Positions 30,713 to 41,400 of a stretch of 54,155 bases of DNA are shown here, one piece after another. A model generated the notes under the pieces. The model had not been told where the DNA came from. It ran no database searches and saw only the letters and a program-made list of their open reading frames with translations. How positions within the stretch are numbered: position 1 is the stretch's first letter; each line of letters begins with the position of its first letter. Both the position numbers and the translations under genes were made by a program. Source of the stretch: an uncultured Gammaproteobacteria bacterium (GTDB taxonomy: Bacteria; Patescibacteriota; Patescibacteriia; Patescibacteriales; UBA12465); assembly GCA_964548885.1 (NCBI GenBank), contig CAZJSQ010000004.1, positions 1 to 54,155 on the forward strand. Reading direction: 5' to 3'.

Positions 30713-31555
30713 TTATTTAGCAAAAATTTTAACGTCGCCCTCAATATCCGTTCTTTTGATTGGAATATCGAGAGCCGTTGCCCTTTCCAAGAAAAAACTG
30801 CCGGGATGACCGAAGCGATTATCCGCCCCGACTGATATAATTATCAAACGCGGATTGATTTTTTCCAAAAAAGCCGCGCCATTAGAAGTGTTCGAACCGT
30901 GGTGCGAGGCCTTGAAAATATCAGCTTCCAAGGGCCAGCCGGACATAAGAAGCGCCTTCTCCGCCGTCGCCGGGTTATCGCCGGCCAATAGAAACCGTCG
31001 ACCACTGCAGTCCAGCCGGGAAACTAGAGAATTATTGGGGTCCTCTTTTATCCCCAAAATAATCGGATTCAATAGACTTAAATTACAGGTCGGACCGAAA
31101 GATAAGTCCGCTTGGCCGCTTAAAGCCTTTAATTCTACTTTATATTGAGAGGCGACTTTTAAAAGTTCAAGAATCAATAAAGAATCAGGGGCTTTGCCCG
31201 AATAAATCAGGGTTCCGACCCGATAACGCTTAATAATCTCTATTAAACCGACAAAATGATCATCATGATAATGGCTGAGGATTAAAAAATCTATCCGCCG
31301 ACGATAAAAAGGTAAATTTTTCCCTAACCCCCACAAAACCTTATTATCCGGTCCGCCGTCTATCAGGATCGTTCGGCCGTCAGGAGTCTTAATTAGCGTG
31401 CCGTCCCCCTGACCAACATCCAAAAAAACAAGCTCCAATTTGTGATTTGGTCGCCCAAAAATCGTAAAAATAAGTAAAATAAGTCCGAAAAGCGCCGCCA
31501 GAGCTAGAGCTGTTTTTTTAATAATATTAGACGATTTTAATCTATTTTTCTTCAT
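30713..31555 (-). CDS. ComEC/Rec2-type stand-alone MBL nuclease domain with N-terminal TM
   Basis: FLDVGQGD, LIDGG, SHYHDDH..G, NNSLV, ASHHGS, SVGA.N.FGHP, RTD..G. Confidence 0.9.
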   Translation of the reverse strand: MKKNRLKSSNIIKKTALALAALFGLILLIFTIFGRPNHKLELVFLDVGQGDGTLIKTPDGRTILIDGGPDNKVLWGLGKNLPFYRRRIDFLILSHYHDDHFVGLIEIIKRYRVGTLIYSGKAPDSLLILELLKVASQYKVELKALSGQADLSFGPTCNLSLLNPIILGIKEDPNNSLVSRLDCSGRRFLLAGDNPATAEKALLMSGWPLEADIFKASHHGSNTSNGAAFLEKINPRLIIISVGADNRFGHPGSFFLERATALDIPIKRTDIEGDVKIFAK

Positions 31556-31684
31556 ATTATTTATGGATTATTGATCTAAATCATGGGTCTAATCAGTTTA
31601 CTTGCCGGGGTTGTTTATCGCCTCCTATTATATAGATATCATCTTACTATTATAAAAGATCAAATATGAAGAAAAGTTAAAGCC

Positions 31685-31713
31685 TTGACAAAAACTAATA
31701 AATGTTATATAAT
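31685..31713 (+). promoter_or_regulatory. Consensus sigma70 promoter
   Basis: TTGACA-17 nt-TATAAT; SD AAGGAGGA at 31753-31760. Confidence 0.85.
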
Positions 31714-31766
31714 TGGTTCATACTTTAAAAATTAAATAAACTAAAATAAACCAAGGAGGATTAATC

Positions 31767-32354
31767 ATGACAAAATTCACTGAATTACCAGAAAACGCAT
31801 CTCCGGCAGTCATAAAAAACTGGATCCAAAAAGAGATTTTTAACGGAGACCTGCTAAAATTAACGAAGACTAAACTGCGCGAGCGCATCAAGAGATTAGA
31901 CGGCCCAAAATTCGTAGACGCAAATTTTACAGAGCAATACAGGCGCTCAGACGTCCTAATAAAGGTACCGCCAAGTAATGACTTGTGTCTGAGATTGGTG
32001 CCGAGCCATTACCTATTGGTTCCAAAGGGGAAGGAGTTAAAAGAAGGAGTTGAGATTCTTTGTATTCCTCTCCACTATCGTAGAACGTTAACGATTGAGA
32101 ATGGAGTACAGATCTTCAGAAATTTTTATACAGACGACGAAAAATTTCTAGGCGAAATGGTTATCGCCGATGTAACAATCCAAATAAAAGTCGACCTGAT
32201 TAGCGGAAAAGAAACTTTAGTTCTCGACTACGAGAACATCCGACCAAAAAGTTTATGCCGCGCCGCTTACGAACTTAAAATCGGCACACTTTCCGGTCAG
32301 GTCGCAATCCCAGGAACTCCTAAATTTGTTAATTTTAAAAAACTAAACAAGTAA
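31767..32354 (+). CDS. Hypothetical protein (195 aa, no recognised family)
   Basis: Clean ORF with a perfect promoter, strong SD and downstream terminator. Confidence 0.85.
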   Translation: MTKFTELPENASPAVIKNWIQKEIFNGDLLKLTKTKLRERIKRLDGPKFVDANFTEQYRRSDVLIKVPPSNDLCLRLVPSHYLLVPKGKELKEGVEILCIPLHYRRTLTIENGVQIFRNFYTDDEKFLGEMVIADVTIQIKVDLISGKETLVLDYENIRPKSLCRAAYELKIGTLSGQVAIPGTPKFVNFKKLNK

Positions 32355-32392
32355 TCAGAAAATTAAAAAAAAGCCAAAAACGCTTCGCTCGT

Positions 32393-32423
32393 AAAAGCCG
32401 TCATCAATAATTGACGGCTTTTT
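32393..32423 (+). terminator. Intrinsic terminator
   Basis: aaaagccgtca/tgacggctttt inverted repeat plus T tract. Confidence 0.8.
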
Positions 32424-32481
32424 CAATAGCTTTTTCAGCTTCTTTTTCAATAGCTCGTTCCTCGATTTATTCCCCTAATAC

Positions 32482-32511
32482 AAAAACCACCCTGATTCCG
32501 CAGGCCGGTTT
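32482..32511 (-). terminator. Terminator for the small Lys-rich gene
   Basis: Minus strand reads aaaccggcctg-cggaat-cagggtggttttt (imperfect stem with T tract). Confidence 0.6.
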
Positions 32512-32562
32512 CTGTATAATTTTCAAATCAATAAAATTTATCAATAAAATAAATTTTAAAAA

Positions 32563-32673
32563 TTATCTTTTCTTTTTAGCAGTCTTTTTTTTGGCCGCCT
32601 TCTTCGCCGGTCTCTTGGCGACTTTTTTCTTGGCGACTTTCTTGACAGCTTTTTTTGCAGCTTTCTTTTTCAT
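32563..32673 (-). CDS. 36-aa Lys/Ala-rich histone H1-like peptide
   Basis: MKKKAAKKAVKKVAKKKVAKRPAKKAAKKKTAKKKR*; SD GAGGGGGTGA; own promoter and terminator; below the ORF-track size cut-off. Confidence 0.85.
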   Translation of the reverse strand: MKKKAAKKAVKKVAKKKVAKRPAKKAAKKKTAKKKR

Positions 32674-32746
32674 AATATCACCCCCTCTCTTAAATAAATT
32701 AGAATCTATTTATTTTATTTTTTAAAAAATTTTACTTCTTGTCTTA

Positions 32747-32775
32747 ATTATATAACTTATTGAAATAAGTAGCAA
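32747..32775 (-). promoter_or_regulatory. sigma70 promoter of the Lys-rich peptide gene, with an inverted repeat in the spacer
   Basis: TTGCTA-17 nt-TATAAT; acttatt-ga-aataagt at 32755-32770. Confidence 0.7.
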
Positions 32776-32827
32776 TAGTTTTTTGTTTTTTGGGCGCGCG
32801 CCCGAACATTTTTTTTATTTTGCCATA

Positions 32828-32867
32828 AAAAAACCCGCCGCTCGATTCCGAGAGCGACGGATTTTTA
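32828..32867 (-). terminator. glyS terminator
   Basis: Minus strand reads tccgtcgctc...gagcggcggg-tttttt. Confidence 0.75.
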
Positions 32868-32897
32868 TTTTTTTCTTCACAAGAGTTTCTTCGATTT

Positions 32898-34286
32898 TTA
32901 TAAACGGGAACGAAAAAAATTTTCCAAATCAACTATCTTAATTCTCTCTTGTTGCATAGTATCGCGATCGCGCACCGTCACTTCCGAATTAGTTAAAGTA
33001 TCAAAATCAACCGTTAAGCAATAAGGAGTGCCAATCTCATCCTGACGTCGGTAGCGCTTGCCGATATTGCCGTTATCATCAAACTCACAGCGCCAGGTCA
33101 GCTTTAATTTATCAAATATCTCCCGCGCTTTACTCACCAACTCGGGCTTATTCTTTAACAAGGGGAAAACCGCAATCTTTATCGGCGCGAGCTTGGGCAG
33201 AAGTTTTAAAACTATTCTCGTTTCTCCCTCCAACGCCTCTTCTTGATAGCCTTCAGTAAGTACCGCCAAAAAAGTTCGGCCGACACCGGCGGAAGTTTCG
33301 ACAATATGCGGCGTGAATTTCTCGTTCGTCGCCGGATCCAAATAATTCAAATCTTGGCCGGAATATTTGGAATGCTGAGTCAAGTCATAATCGCCGCGGG
33401 CATGTACTCCTTCCAATTCCTTAAAACCGAAGGGGTAACGATATTCAATATCATACGCTTCTTTCGCGTAGAAGACCAGATTTTCATGTTTATGCCATTT
33501 TAAATTATTCGGATTGATTCCCAAACCCAAATAAAACTGCCAACGCGCTTCTTTCCACTCCTTAAAATATTTCATGTCCTCACCGGGCTTAACGAAATAT
33601 TGCATCTCCATCTGCTCAAATTCGCGCGTCCGAAAAATAAATTGGCGGGCCGTGATTTCGTTGCGGAAGGCCTTGCCGATCTGGGCGATGCCGAAAGGAA
33701 TCTTCACGCGGGCCGAATCAAGAACGTTTTTATAGTTAACATAAATTCCTTGGCAGGTTTCGCCGCGCAAATAGGTCGGTTCTTTGGTCCAATCGCCGGT
33801 AAAGTTTCCGAGATTGGATTGAACGAGCAGATTAAACTTGCGGCCGGGCGTAAAATCACTGGCGCCGCAAGCCGGACATTTAATTTTTTCTTTGTTCTCG
33901 TCAAAAATACGATTAATTTCCTCTTCGGTCATTTTTTCATCGGCAAAGATTCCCGCTTCTTCCAATAACGCGTCTAACCTTAAACGCGTATGGCATTTCC
34001 GGCATTCAGTTAAAGGATCGGAAAAGCCTTTGACGTGTCCCGACGCCTCCCAGATTTTTGGGTTCATAAAAATCGCCGAATCAAGCCCGACGATATCGTC
34101 ACGCAACTGCGTCATCGCTTTCCACCATTCTTTCTTGATATTATTAGCCAGTTCCACGCCGTAAGGTCCGAAATCATAAACCGCCGCGAAACCGTCGTAA
34201 ATTTCCGAAGACGGAAAAACAAATCCGCGCCGCTTACAGAGGGAAATGATCTTATCCAAAGAATTGTCAGCTTCTTTTTTCTTCAT
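32898..34286 (-). CDS. glyS: Glycyl-tRNA synthetase, homodimeric (alpha2) type
   Basis: KRRGFVFPSSEIY, ASGH, YLRGETCQG, GKAFRNEI, RTREFEQME, IGKRYRRQDEIGTP. Confidence 0.97.
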   Translation of the reverse strand: MKKKEADNSLDKIISLCKRRGFVFPSSEIYDGFAAVYDFGPYGVELANNIKKEWWKAMTQLRDDIVGLDSAIFMNPKIWEASGHVKGFSDPLTECRKCHTRLRLDALLEEAGIFADEKMTEEEINRIFDENKEKIKCPACGASDFTPGRKFNLLVQSNLGNFTGDWTKEPTYLRGETCQGIYVNYKNVLDSARVKIPFGIAQIGKAFRNEITARQFIFRTREFEQMEMQYFVKPGEDMKYFKEWKEARWQFYLGLGINPNNLKWHKHENLVFYAKEAYDIEYRYPFGFKELEGVHARGDYDLTQHSKYSGQDLNYLDPATNEKFTPHIVETSAGVGRTFLAVLTEGYQEEALEGETRIVLKLLPKLAPIKIAVFPLLKNKPELVSKAREIFDKLKLTWRCEFDDNGNIGKRYRRQDEIGTPYCLTVDFDTLTNSEVTVRDRDTMQQERIKIVDLENFFRSRL

Positions 34287-34342
34287 ATATTTCTGGCTTC
34301 TATCCATTTTTTGAAGCGTTGTTTTATCAAAGCCGTCTTTTT

Positions 34343-36034
34343 TTACATCTCTTCCAGCGCCTTGAGTCCTAAAATGTCAAAACCGTTATGCAAGACCCGG
34401 GCCAACGCTTTAATTAAAGCCAGGCGCGCTTTCCTTATCTTCGGCTCCGCTTTTAAGATATTAATCTCATGATAATAGTCGTTGAAGAGTTGAACCAGCT
34501 CAAATAGATATCTGGTGACTTCGCTCGGACTATATTTCTCTCCGGCGGAAGCAATCACTTCCGGATATTTCGCCATTCTGACCAATAATTCTTTTTCTTT
34601 CGGCTCGGTCAGCCGATTTAAATCGGCGCCGCCGAGACTGAAACCTTTTTTGCGGACGATACTCTTTAATCTAGCATAACCGTACTCCAAATAACAAGCC
34701 GTATAACCGTCAAAGCGCGCCGCCTCGTCAATATTAAAAGTGATTATCTTATCGGCGCTGACTTTAAGCATTTCAAATTTGATCGTCGCGATCGTTAGGG
34801 ACATGGCCACCTCCTTAATTCGGCCGGCGGTCCAGTTTTTATGACGGGAACCGGTTTCTTCTGACAATTTGGCGAAAAGCTTATCGCGCAATTCCTGATA
34901 AGTGATGACATTACCGGTGCGCGAAGACATCATCCCGCCCGGAAGCGTCACAAAATCATGAGTCAAGTGAATTAGCGGCTGCCGGTAGCCGATGAGCCCA
35001 AGAATCTTAAACAGCTGCTGGAAATATAAACTTTGGCGGACATCAACGACATAGATAGAACGGGACAGGTCATATTTTTTAAATTTTTCCGAAGCTAAGC
35101 TCAAATCGGCGGCCGGATAAAGCGCTGTCCCGTCGGAACGGATAATCGGCAAGACGCCAAGGCCGTATTTTTCCAAATCGGCGATAATCGCCCCTTCGCT
35201 CTTTTTTAAAACCCCCTTAACCAATAATTCTTTCACCAACTTTAAGCCGGCGTCAATCACTTCGCTCTCGTAAAAAATATGTTGAAATTTAATATCCAAC
35301 TCCTTATATATAGAGGTAAAATAATCGATGCTCCAGCCCCTGGTTTCTTGCCAAAATTTATAATTAGCGCCGCTCCGGTTTTCAATTTCCGTCATAATTT
35401 TTCCCACTTCTTCCTTATATTCCGGATTAACGGCCAGTTCTCGGTTGGCCGCGGCATAACATTTGCCTAAAAGATAACCTTTATTCTCCGGCTGATCCGC
35501 GTAATTCGGATTCTTCCGCCAATTCCAAATCGTCTTGGCGACATGAATTCCGAAATCATTAACATAAGAAACTGGAATAGAATGGCAGCCGTTCGCGCGC
35601 AAAAGATTATTGACGGCGTCGCCGTAAGAAATATTGCGCAGATGCCCGACATGATATTCCTTATGCGTATTACCGTTAGAATATTCGATCATGACCGACT
35701 TATTCGCGCCGCTCTCATTGAATCCATACGCGGTCTTCTCTTTTTTTACCTGTTTAACGACCAAATCAGCCAGATATTCAGGGGAAATAAAAAAATTAAG
35801 ATAGGGACCGGCCGCCTTGATGTCGGAAAAATATTTTTTTAGTTCTTTATCGGCTTTCAGTTCCGTCACCAGGTTTGAGGCGAACTCCGCCGGACTTTTT
35901 TGTTGCGCTTTGGCCGCTTCAAAACAAGCCAAACTCAAATCCCCCAGGGTCGGATTCGGCGGATAAGAAAAATTCGCCCTTTCCAGTTTTAAGGCGGAGG
36001 CAATCTTTGATTTTAAGTCTTCTAATATATACAT
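34343..36034 (-). CDS. argS: Arginyl-tRNA synthetase
   Basis: GPYLNF, HVGHLRN, RSDGT.LY, MSSRTG, DALR-type C-terminal domain. Confidence 0.96.
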   Translation of the reverse strand: MYILEDLKSKIASALKLERANFSYPPNPTLGDLSLACFEAAKAQQKSPAEFASNLVTELKADKELKKYFSDIKAAGPYLNFFISPEYLADLVVKQVKKEKTAYGFNESGANKSVMIEYSNGNTHKEYHVGHLRNISYGDAVNNLLRANGCHSIPVSYVNDFGIHVAKTIWNWRKNPNYADQPENKGYLLGKCYAAANRELAVNPEYKEEVGKIMTEIENRSGANYKFWQETRGWSIDYFTSIYKELDIKFQHIFYESEVIDAGLKLVKELLVKGVLKKSEGAIIADLEKYGLGVLPIIRSDGTALYPAADLSLASEKFKKYDLSRSIYVVDVRQSLYFQQLFKILGLIGYRQPLIHLTHDFVTLPGGMMSSRTGNVITYQELRDKLFAKLSEETGSRHKNWTAGRIKEVAMSLTIATIKFEMLKVSADKIITFNIDEAARFDGYTACYLEYGYARLKSIVRKKGFSLGGADLNRLTEPKEKELLVRMAKYPEVIASAGEKYSPSEVTRYLFELVQLFNDYYHEINILKAEPKIRKARLALIKALARVLHNGFDILGLKALEEM

Positions 36035-36069
36035 ATCTTATAAGGTCGCCGCCTAGACGCCCGATACAT

Positions 36070-37326
36070 TTATAGAATCACTCGAATAAAATTAAATTTT
36101 CCTTTCTGGATGATAACCGAGGTCATCTCGCCGTCAAAGTTTATTTCTTTCTTCACGTCTTTTATAACCGTCATCTCGCCGACATTGGCCTGCCCGTTCT
36201 TTTCCGGCCTGATCTTAATCGCCCCTTCTTCGATTTTTTGGCGCGCTTCGGTCTTGCTTTTAACGAATTTCGTTTCTACCAGCAGATCAATCAAGGTGTT
36301 CTGTTTTTTTATAGCCTGATAGACCCCGATTTCTTCCGGTATCTCCTTTTTCTGGATGGTGCTCACGAAATTTTCTTGAGCCTTCTCCGCCGCCGCCTGG
36401 CCGCGATTAATCTTCGTAATCTCGAAAGCGAGTTTCATCTTAAAATCGCGCGGGTTAGCTTGGCCCGGCTTTAATTCGGCCTCAATCTTTTTGACTTCGG
36501 CCATCGGGACTAGCGTACATAATTCCAAGGCGGAAATAATAATTCCGTCCGGCCAAGACATTACCTGACCATACATATCATTAGCCGCAACATTTAAAAA
36601 AACCACATTCCCTTCGCTCTTGCCCATTTTTTTGCCGCTCCCATCGGCGAGAAGCTTCATGGTCAAAACTGATTTTTCTTTATTTTTGAGAGTCCTTAAC
36701 AGATCCCGGCCGCACATCATATTAAACATCTGGTCATTGCCGCCGATTTCCAGATCCACGTCCAGCACCACGCTGTCGTAAGCCTGGGTTAACGGATATA
36801 AGAACTCATGAAGATAAATCGGCTTCTCTTCTTTTAATCTTTCCTGAAACATATCGCGCTGAATCATCTGCTGAACGGTAAAATTAGACGATAATTCTAT
36901 CAGCTCGCGAAAAGTTAATTTATCGTTCCAGGCGCTGTTATACATTATCTTGGCCGGATTATCGCCGTCGAACTTCAGATAAGCCGAGGCTTGTTCCTGA
37001 TAATGAGCGGCGTTAGCTAAAATCTCCTCGCGCGTCATTTTCCGACGCGTCGCTTTCTTGTCGGTCGGATCGCCGATAAGCCCGGTAAAGTCACCGACTA
37101 AGAAGATCACTTCGTGCCCCAAAGCCTGGAATTGTCCCAGTTTATTGATAGAAATGGCGTTACCGATATGTAAAGACGAAGCGGTCGGGTCATAACCGCA
37201 ATAAAGCCGGATTTTCTCCCCGCTTAAAAGTTTTTTCTCCAAATCGGCGTAACTCGGATAAATTTTTTCCACCCCCCTGGTTAACAGTTCCGCCACCAGC
37301 TTTTTGTCGGTTATAACTTTAGGCAT
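36070..37326 (-). CDS. tyrS: Tyrosyl-tRNA synthetase
   Basis: YCGYDPT..SLHIGN, QAYD, GGNDQ, KMGKS, C-terminal S4 domain. Confidence 0.97.
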   Translation of the reverse strand: MPKVITDKKLVAELLTRGVEKIYPSYADLEKKLLSGEKIRLYCGYDPTASSLHIGNAISINKLGQFQALGHEVIFLVGDFTGLIGDPTDKKATRRKMTREEILANAAHYQEQASAYLKFDGDNPAKIMYNSAWNDKLTFRELIELSSNFTVQQMIQRDMFQERLKEEKPIYLHEFLYPLTQAYDSVVLDVDLEIGGNDQMFNMMCGRDLLRTLKNKEKSVLTMKLLADGSGKKMGKSEGNVVFLNVAANDMYGQVMSWPDGIIISALELCTLVPMAEVKKIEAELKPGQANPRDFKMKLAFEITKINRGQAAAEKAQENFVSTIQKKEIPEEIGVYQAIKKQNTLIDLLVETKFVKSKTEARQKIEEGAIKIRPEKNGQANVGEMTVIKDVKKEINFDGEMTSVIIQKGKFNFIRVIL

Positions 37327-37414
37327 ATATAGATATTAATCCTTTGGTATAATTAAAAAATTATGTTATAATAATATCAGACTTTTTTGAATTTTTCAAT
37401 TAATTTTTAATCTT

Positions 37415-38410
37415 ATGTTTTCACACAGAAACATCTTGAAACAAGCTTGGGTAATCACCTGGAAACACAAATATTTGTGGTTTTTGGGATTATTCGCCTC
37501 TTTAGTGGCCGGCGGCGGTTCTTGGGAATACCAAGTGATAACGCAAAACCTCGGCCGAAATCCGATTGAGGGCTCATATTTCCAGCTCGGGAGCATCCTG
37601 ACTGTCGGTGATATCTTAAAAAATTTCTGCCTGGGACTGGCCAATCTGTTCCAACAGGACTTCTGGATGATTCTGAACACCTTATCCATATTGCTTATCA
37701 CCGCGATTTTATTAATTTCCTTTATCTGGCTGGCCATCACTTCTCAAGCGGCTCTAGTCGGCAGCGTGAAAAAGATCTTAACCGCCAAGAAAAAACCGGA
37801 AAATTTAAGCGTCCGCGACAGCCTTAGCGAGGGCTATCGTCATTTTTGGCCGGTGCTGGGCTTAAATGTCTTCATAAAAATCTTGATTTATTTTGTTGTT
37901 TTCATCGTCGGCCTGCCTCTTCTTTTCATGGCGATAAGCAACGCCTCGGTCTTATTCGCCGTTTATGTCATCATTTTTGTTATTTTTATTCCGCTGGCCA
38001 TGAGCCTATCGCTCTTGATTAAATACGCCATCGCTTATAAAGTCATAACCAATAGATCTTTCGTCGCTTCCTTAGAAGCGGGCGCGAAACTGTTCCGTAA
38101 CAATTGGCTCGTCAGTTTAGAGATGGCCGTTATTCTATTCCTGTTTAATTTCCTCTTCAGCGGCCTAGTTCTGATTTTCCTGGCTCTATTCTTATTACCG
38201 CTTGGCTTACTCGGTTTGATGCTCAATCTTTTCTGGCTAATAATCTTAATCCTCTTCTTGGCGATAGTGGCGGTTGTCACCTTCGGATCCGTCTTAGCGA
38301 CTTTCCAGACCGCCGCTTGGACCGGTCTGTTCTGGCAATTAAAAGAAGAGGGCGGCGAAGCGAAACTGGAACGTCTTTTCGGACGCTACCGGACAAACAC
38401 AAAAAAATAA
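37415..38410 (+). CDS. Polytopic membrane protein of unknown function
   Basis: About 6-7 hydrophobic segments; AW..TWKHKYLWFLG start. Confidence 0.8.
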   Translation: MFSHRNILKQAWVITWKHKYLWFLGLFASLVAGGGSWEYQVITQNLGRNPIEGSYFQLGSILTVGDILKNFCLGLANLFQQDFWMILNTLSILLITAILLISFIWLAITSQAALVGSVKKILTAKKKPENLSVRDSLSEGYRHFWPVLGLNVFIKILIYFVVFIVGLPLLFMAISNASVLFAVYVIIFVIFIPLAMSLSLLIKYAIAYKVITNRSFVASLEAGAKLFRNNWLVSLEMAVILFLFNFLFSGLVLIFLALFLLPLGLLGLMLNLFWLIILILFLAIVAVVTFGSVLATFQTAAWTGLFWQLKEEGGEAKLERLFGRYRTNTKK

Positions 38411-38426
38411 TTAGCTCCCCAAATCT

Positions 38427-41400
38427 ATGAGTGATCTCGATTCCATTGAAAATCTGATTAATCCGACCGATGACGAAGAAAGCGTCGCCGGTCGTTTTGC
38501 TAAAAAACAGGGGGAAATAAAAGAAAAAGAAATTGAAAAAGAAACCAAGCGGGCGGCGGCTCAGCTTGGTTTTGATTATGTCAGTCTGACCGGTTTTCCG
38601 ATCAGCCCCGAAGCCTTGTCGCTTATTCAAGAAGCAAGAGCCCAAGAAATCGGCGCCATCTGTTTTTATTATGACGGAAAAAATATCCGCCTCGGCTGCG
38701 TTAGTCCGACGACTGAAGTAAAAGACGAATTAACCCGTCTCGGCGACCAGTATTTCGCCGACACCAAATTATATTTGATCTCCCTGACCAGTTTCGCGAT
38801 CGGGCTTGAGGCCTATAAATCCCTGCCGAAGATCAAAAAATACGAAAGCGGCGTCGAAATAACCGAAGAGAATTTGGAAAAATTCAAAAAAGATATCAGT
38901 AGTTACAAAAGCTTGAATGAAAAAATAAACGAAGTGAATATCACCGATATCGTCACCCTGATGCTGGCGACGGCTCTAAAAGTCGGCGGCAGCGATATTC
39001 ATGTTGAAGCCGAAGAAAATGGCGTCGCCATCAGAATCAGGATTGACGGCGTCTTGCAAGAAGCGGCCGTTATCAGTCGAGCTAAATGGAATAAGATAGT
39101 CGCCCGCTTAAAGATCCTATCCCGCGTCAAGATAAATATTGAGAACAAACCGCAAGACGGACGTTATACTATTTATTTATCCGATAAGAAGATAGAGGTT
39201 CGCTGTTCATTCCTCCCGACCGCGTATGGAGAAAGCGTCGTGATGCGTCTTTTAGACTCAACCACAACTGTTTTGGAATTTGAGAGTTTAGGAATCAGAT
39301 CGGAAATCAGGCCTTTGCTAATGAAAGAAATCGCCAAGCCGAACGGATTGATAGCGACTGTCGGTCCGACCGGCAGCGGCAAGACCACAACCCTATACGC
39401 CATTTTAAATAAATTAAATCAACCGAGCGCCAAAATAATCACTCTAGAAGATCCTGTTGAGTATCATCTTAAAGGCATAAACCAGAGTCAAGTCGATGAA
39501 AAGCGCGGTTATACTTTTTCCGACGGCTTGCGTTCTATCTTGCGCCAAGACCCGAATATCGTCATGGTCGGAGAAATTCGTGATTTAGAAACCGCGGAAA
39601 TCGCCGTCCAGGCTTCTTTGACCGGCCACTTAGTTTTAACGACCATACATACTAACGACGCGGCCAGCTCTATTCCGCGCTTGATAGATATCGGAGTTAA
39701 GCCATATTTCTTAGCCCCGTCTATTAATGTCGTTATCGGCCAGCGTCTAATCAGAAAACTCTGTCCGCATTGCCGCGTTGAACATAAGCTAGAAAATTTC
39801 GAAACCGAACAGGTCAATAGGATTTTGGCGGTCTTATCGCCTAAGGCCGGCGTCAGCGTTCCGGCCACCCTGCCGACAATTTATAAAGTCGGACCGGGTT
39901 GTGCCGAATGCAACTTTATCGGCTACAAAGGCCGAATCGGCATTTACGAAATCTTCACAATGAATGATAAGATCAAGCAATTAACCATTGACCAAGCGCC
40001 CTCTTTCAAAATCTTGCAGCAAGCGATTGAAGACGGGATGATCACCATACTCCAAGATGGCATCCTGAAAGTTTTGGACGGCATAACTTCCGTTGAAGAG
40101 GTCTATCGCGTCAGCGGTGATTTTGGTTATATCGACGAATTATATGATATCGTCATCTCGCAGACCATCGGTCGCGGAGTGAAGATTAAACCAGACGAAT
40201 TTAAAAGAGCTGAAGAATTAAGCCATAATATCGCGGAAATTCCTAAGATTGTCAAAGGAATTCCTACCGGCGAATTGATAAATCTGGTCATGGCGCTCGG
40301 CGCCATCAGCGATGCCGGCGATATTCATATCGAACCGACCGAAAAAGACGTTAAAGTCCGTTTCCGCATTGACGGCGTCTTGCATGATATTCTTAATTTG
40401 CCGAAAACCAGTTACTTGCCGTTATTATCGGAAATAAAAATCCTGGCCGGCGCTCCCACTAATATCCGCCGCGCGACTTTTGACGGCCGTTTCGCGATTT
40501 ATCTGCCGGACAATAAGATCGATTGCCGTTTATCTATCATTGCCGGCGGTTACGGTGAAACCATTGTTATCCGTCTGCTCTCCACCTCGGCGGCGAACCT
40601 GGATATGAATAAGCTCGGCATAACTTCCATCGCTTATGCTTCCCTGCAAGAAGCGATGAAGAAGACTCGCGGCATCATAATCACCACCGGCCCGACCGGC
40701 AGCGGTAAGACCACGACTTTATATAGTATCTTGAATAAATTAAACAAACCGGATGTTAAGATAATTACGGTTGAAGACCCGATTGAATACCAGCTCGCCG
40801 GCGTCATGCAAACCCAGATTGACGAAGAGCGCGGCTATACTTTCGCCTCCGCCATGCGCTCCCTCTTGCGCCAGAATCCTAATATCATGATGATCGGAGA
40901 AATCCGCGATAGTGAAACCGCGAAAATCGCGATTGAAGCGTCTCTGACCGGCCACTTAGTCTTATCAACCATCCACGCGAACTCGGCGGCCAGCGCGATT
41001 TCCCGTTTCGTCGGGCTTGGTGTCGACCGCCAAACTTTAGCGAATTCCATCGAATTTACCATCGGCCAGCGCCTAGTCAGAAAACTCTGTCCTTACTGCA
41101 AAAAAACTGTTGACTTAAAACCGGAAGAAATGAAATACGTCCAGAATATCTTAGGCTCAATCAAAAATCCCAATGTCGCCATCCCTTCCAGCCTCGTTTT
41201 TTATACCGGAGTCGGTTGTATCAAATGCGGCCAAATAGGATATAAAGGGCGCCTCGGCTTATATGAAACCATAACTATGAATCCGACTATCCAAAAACTT
41301 ATCCAAACCGAAAACGTTACCGACGCGGACATTGAAAAAGCGGCGATTGCCGGCGGCATGATAACCATGCTCCAAGATGGCGTCTTAAAAGCGCTGGCCG

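Noticed and set aside
32418-32455. Imperfect ctttttcaatagc repeats after the terminator
   Set aside because: Low-complexity terminator tail; not an array.
32411-32725. 104-aa + strand ORF rich in Phe/Leu/Ala
   Set aside because: It is the antisense shadow of the Lys-rich peptide gene, which has the SD, promoter and terminator.
37327-37414. T-box riboswitch upstream of the tyrS-argS-glyS cluster
   Set aside because: The intergenic spaces are too short and no T-box consensus is visible.
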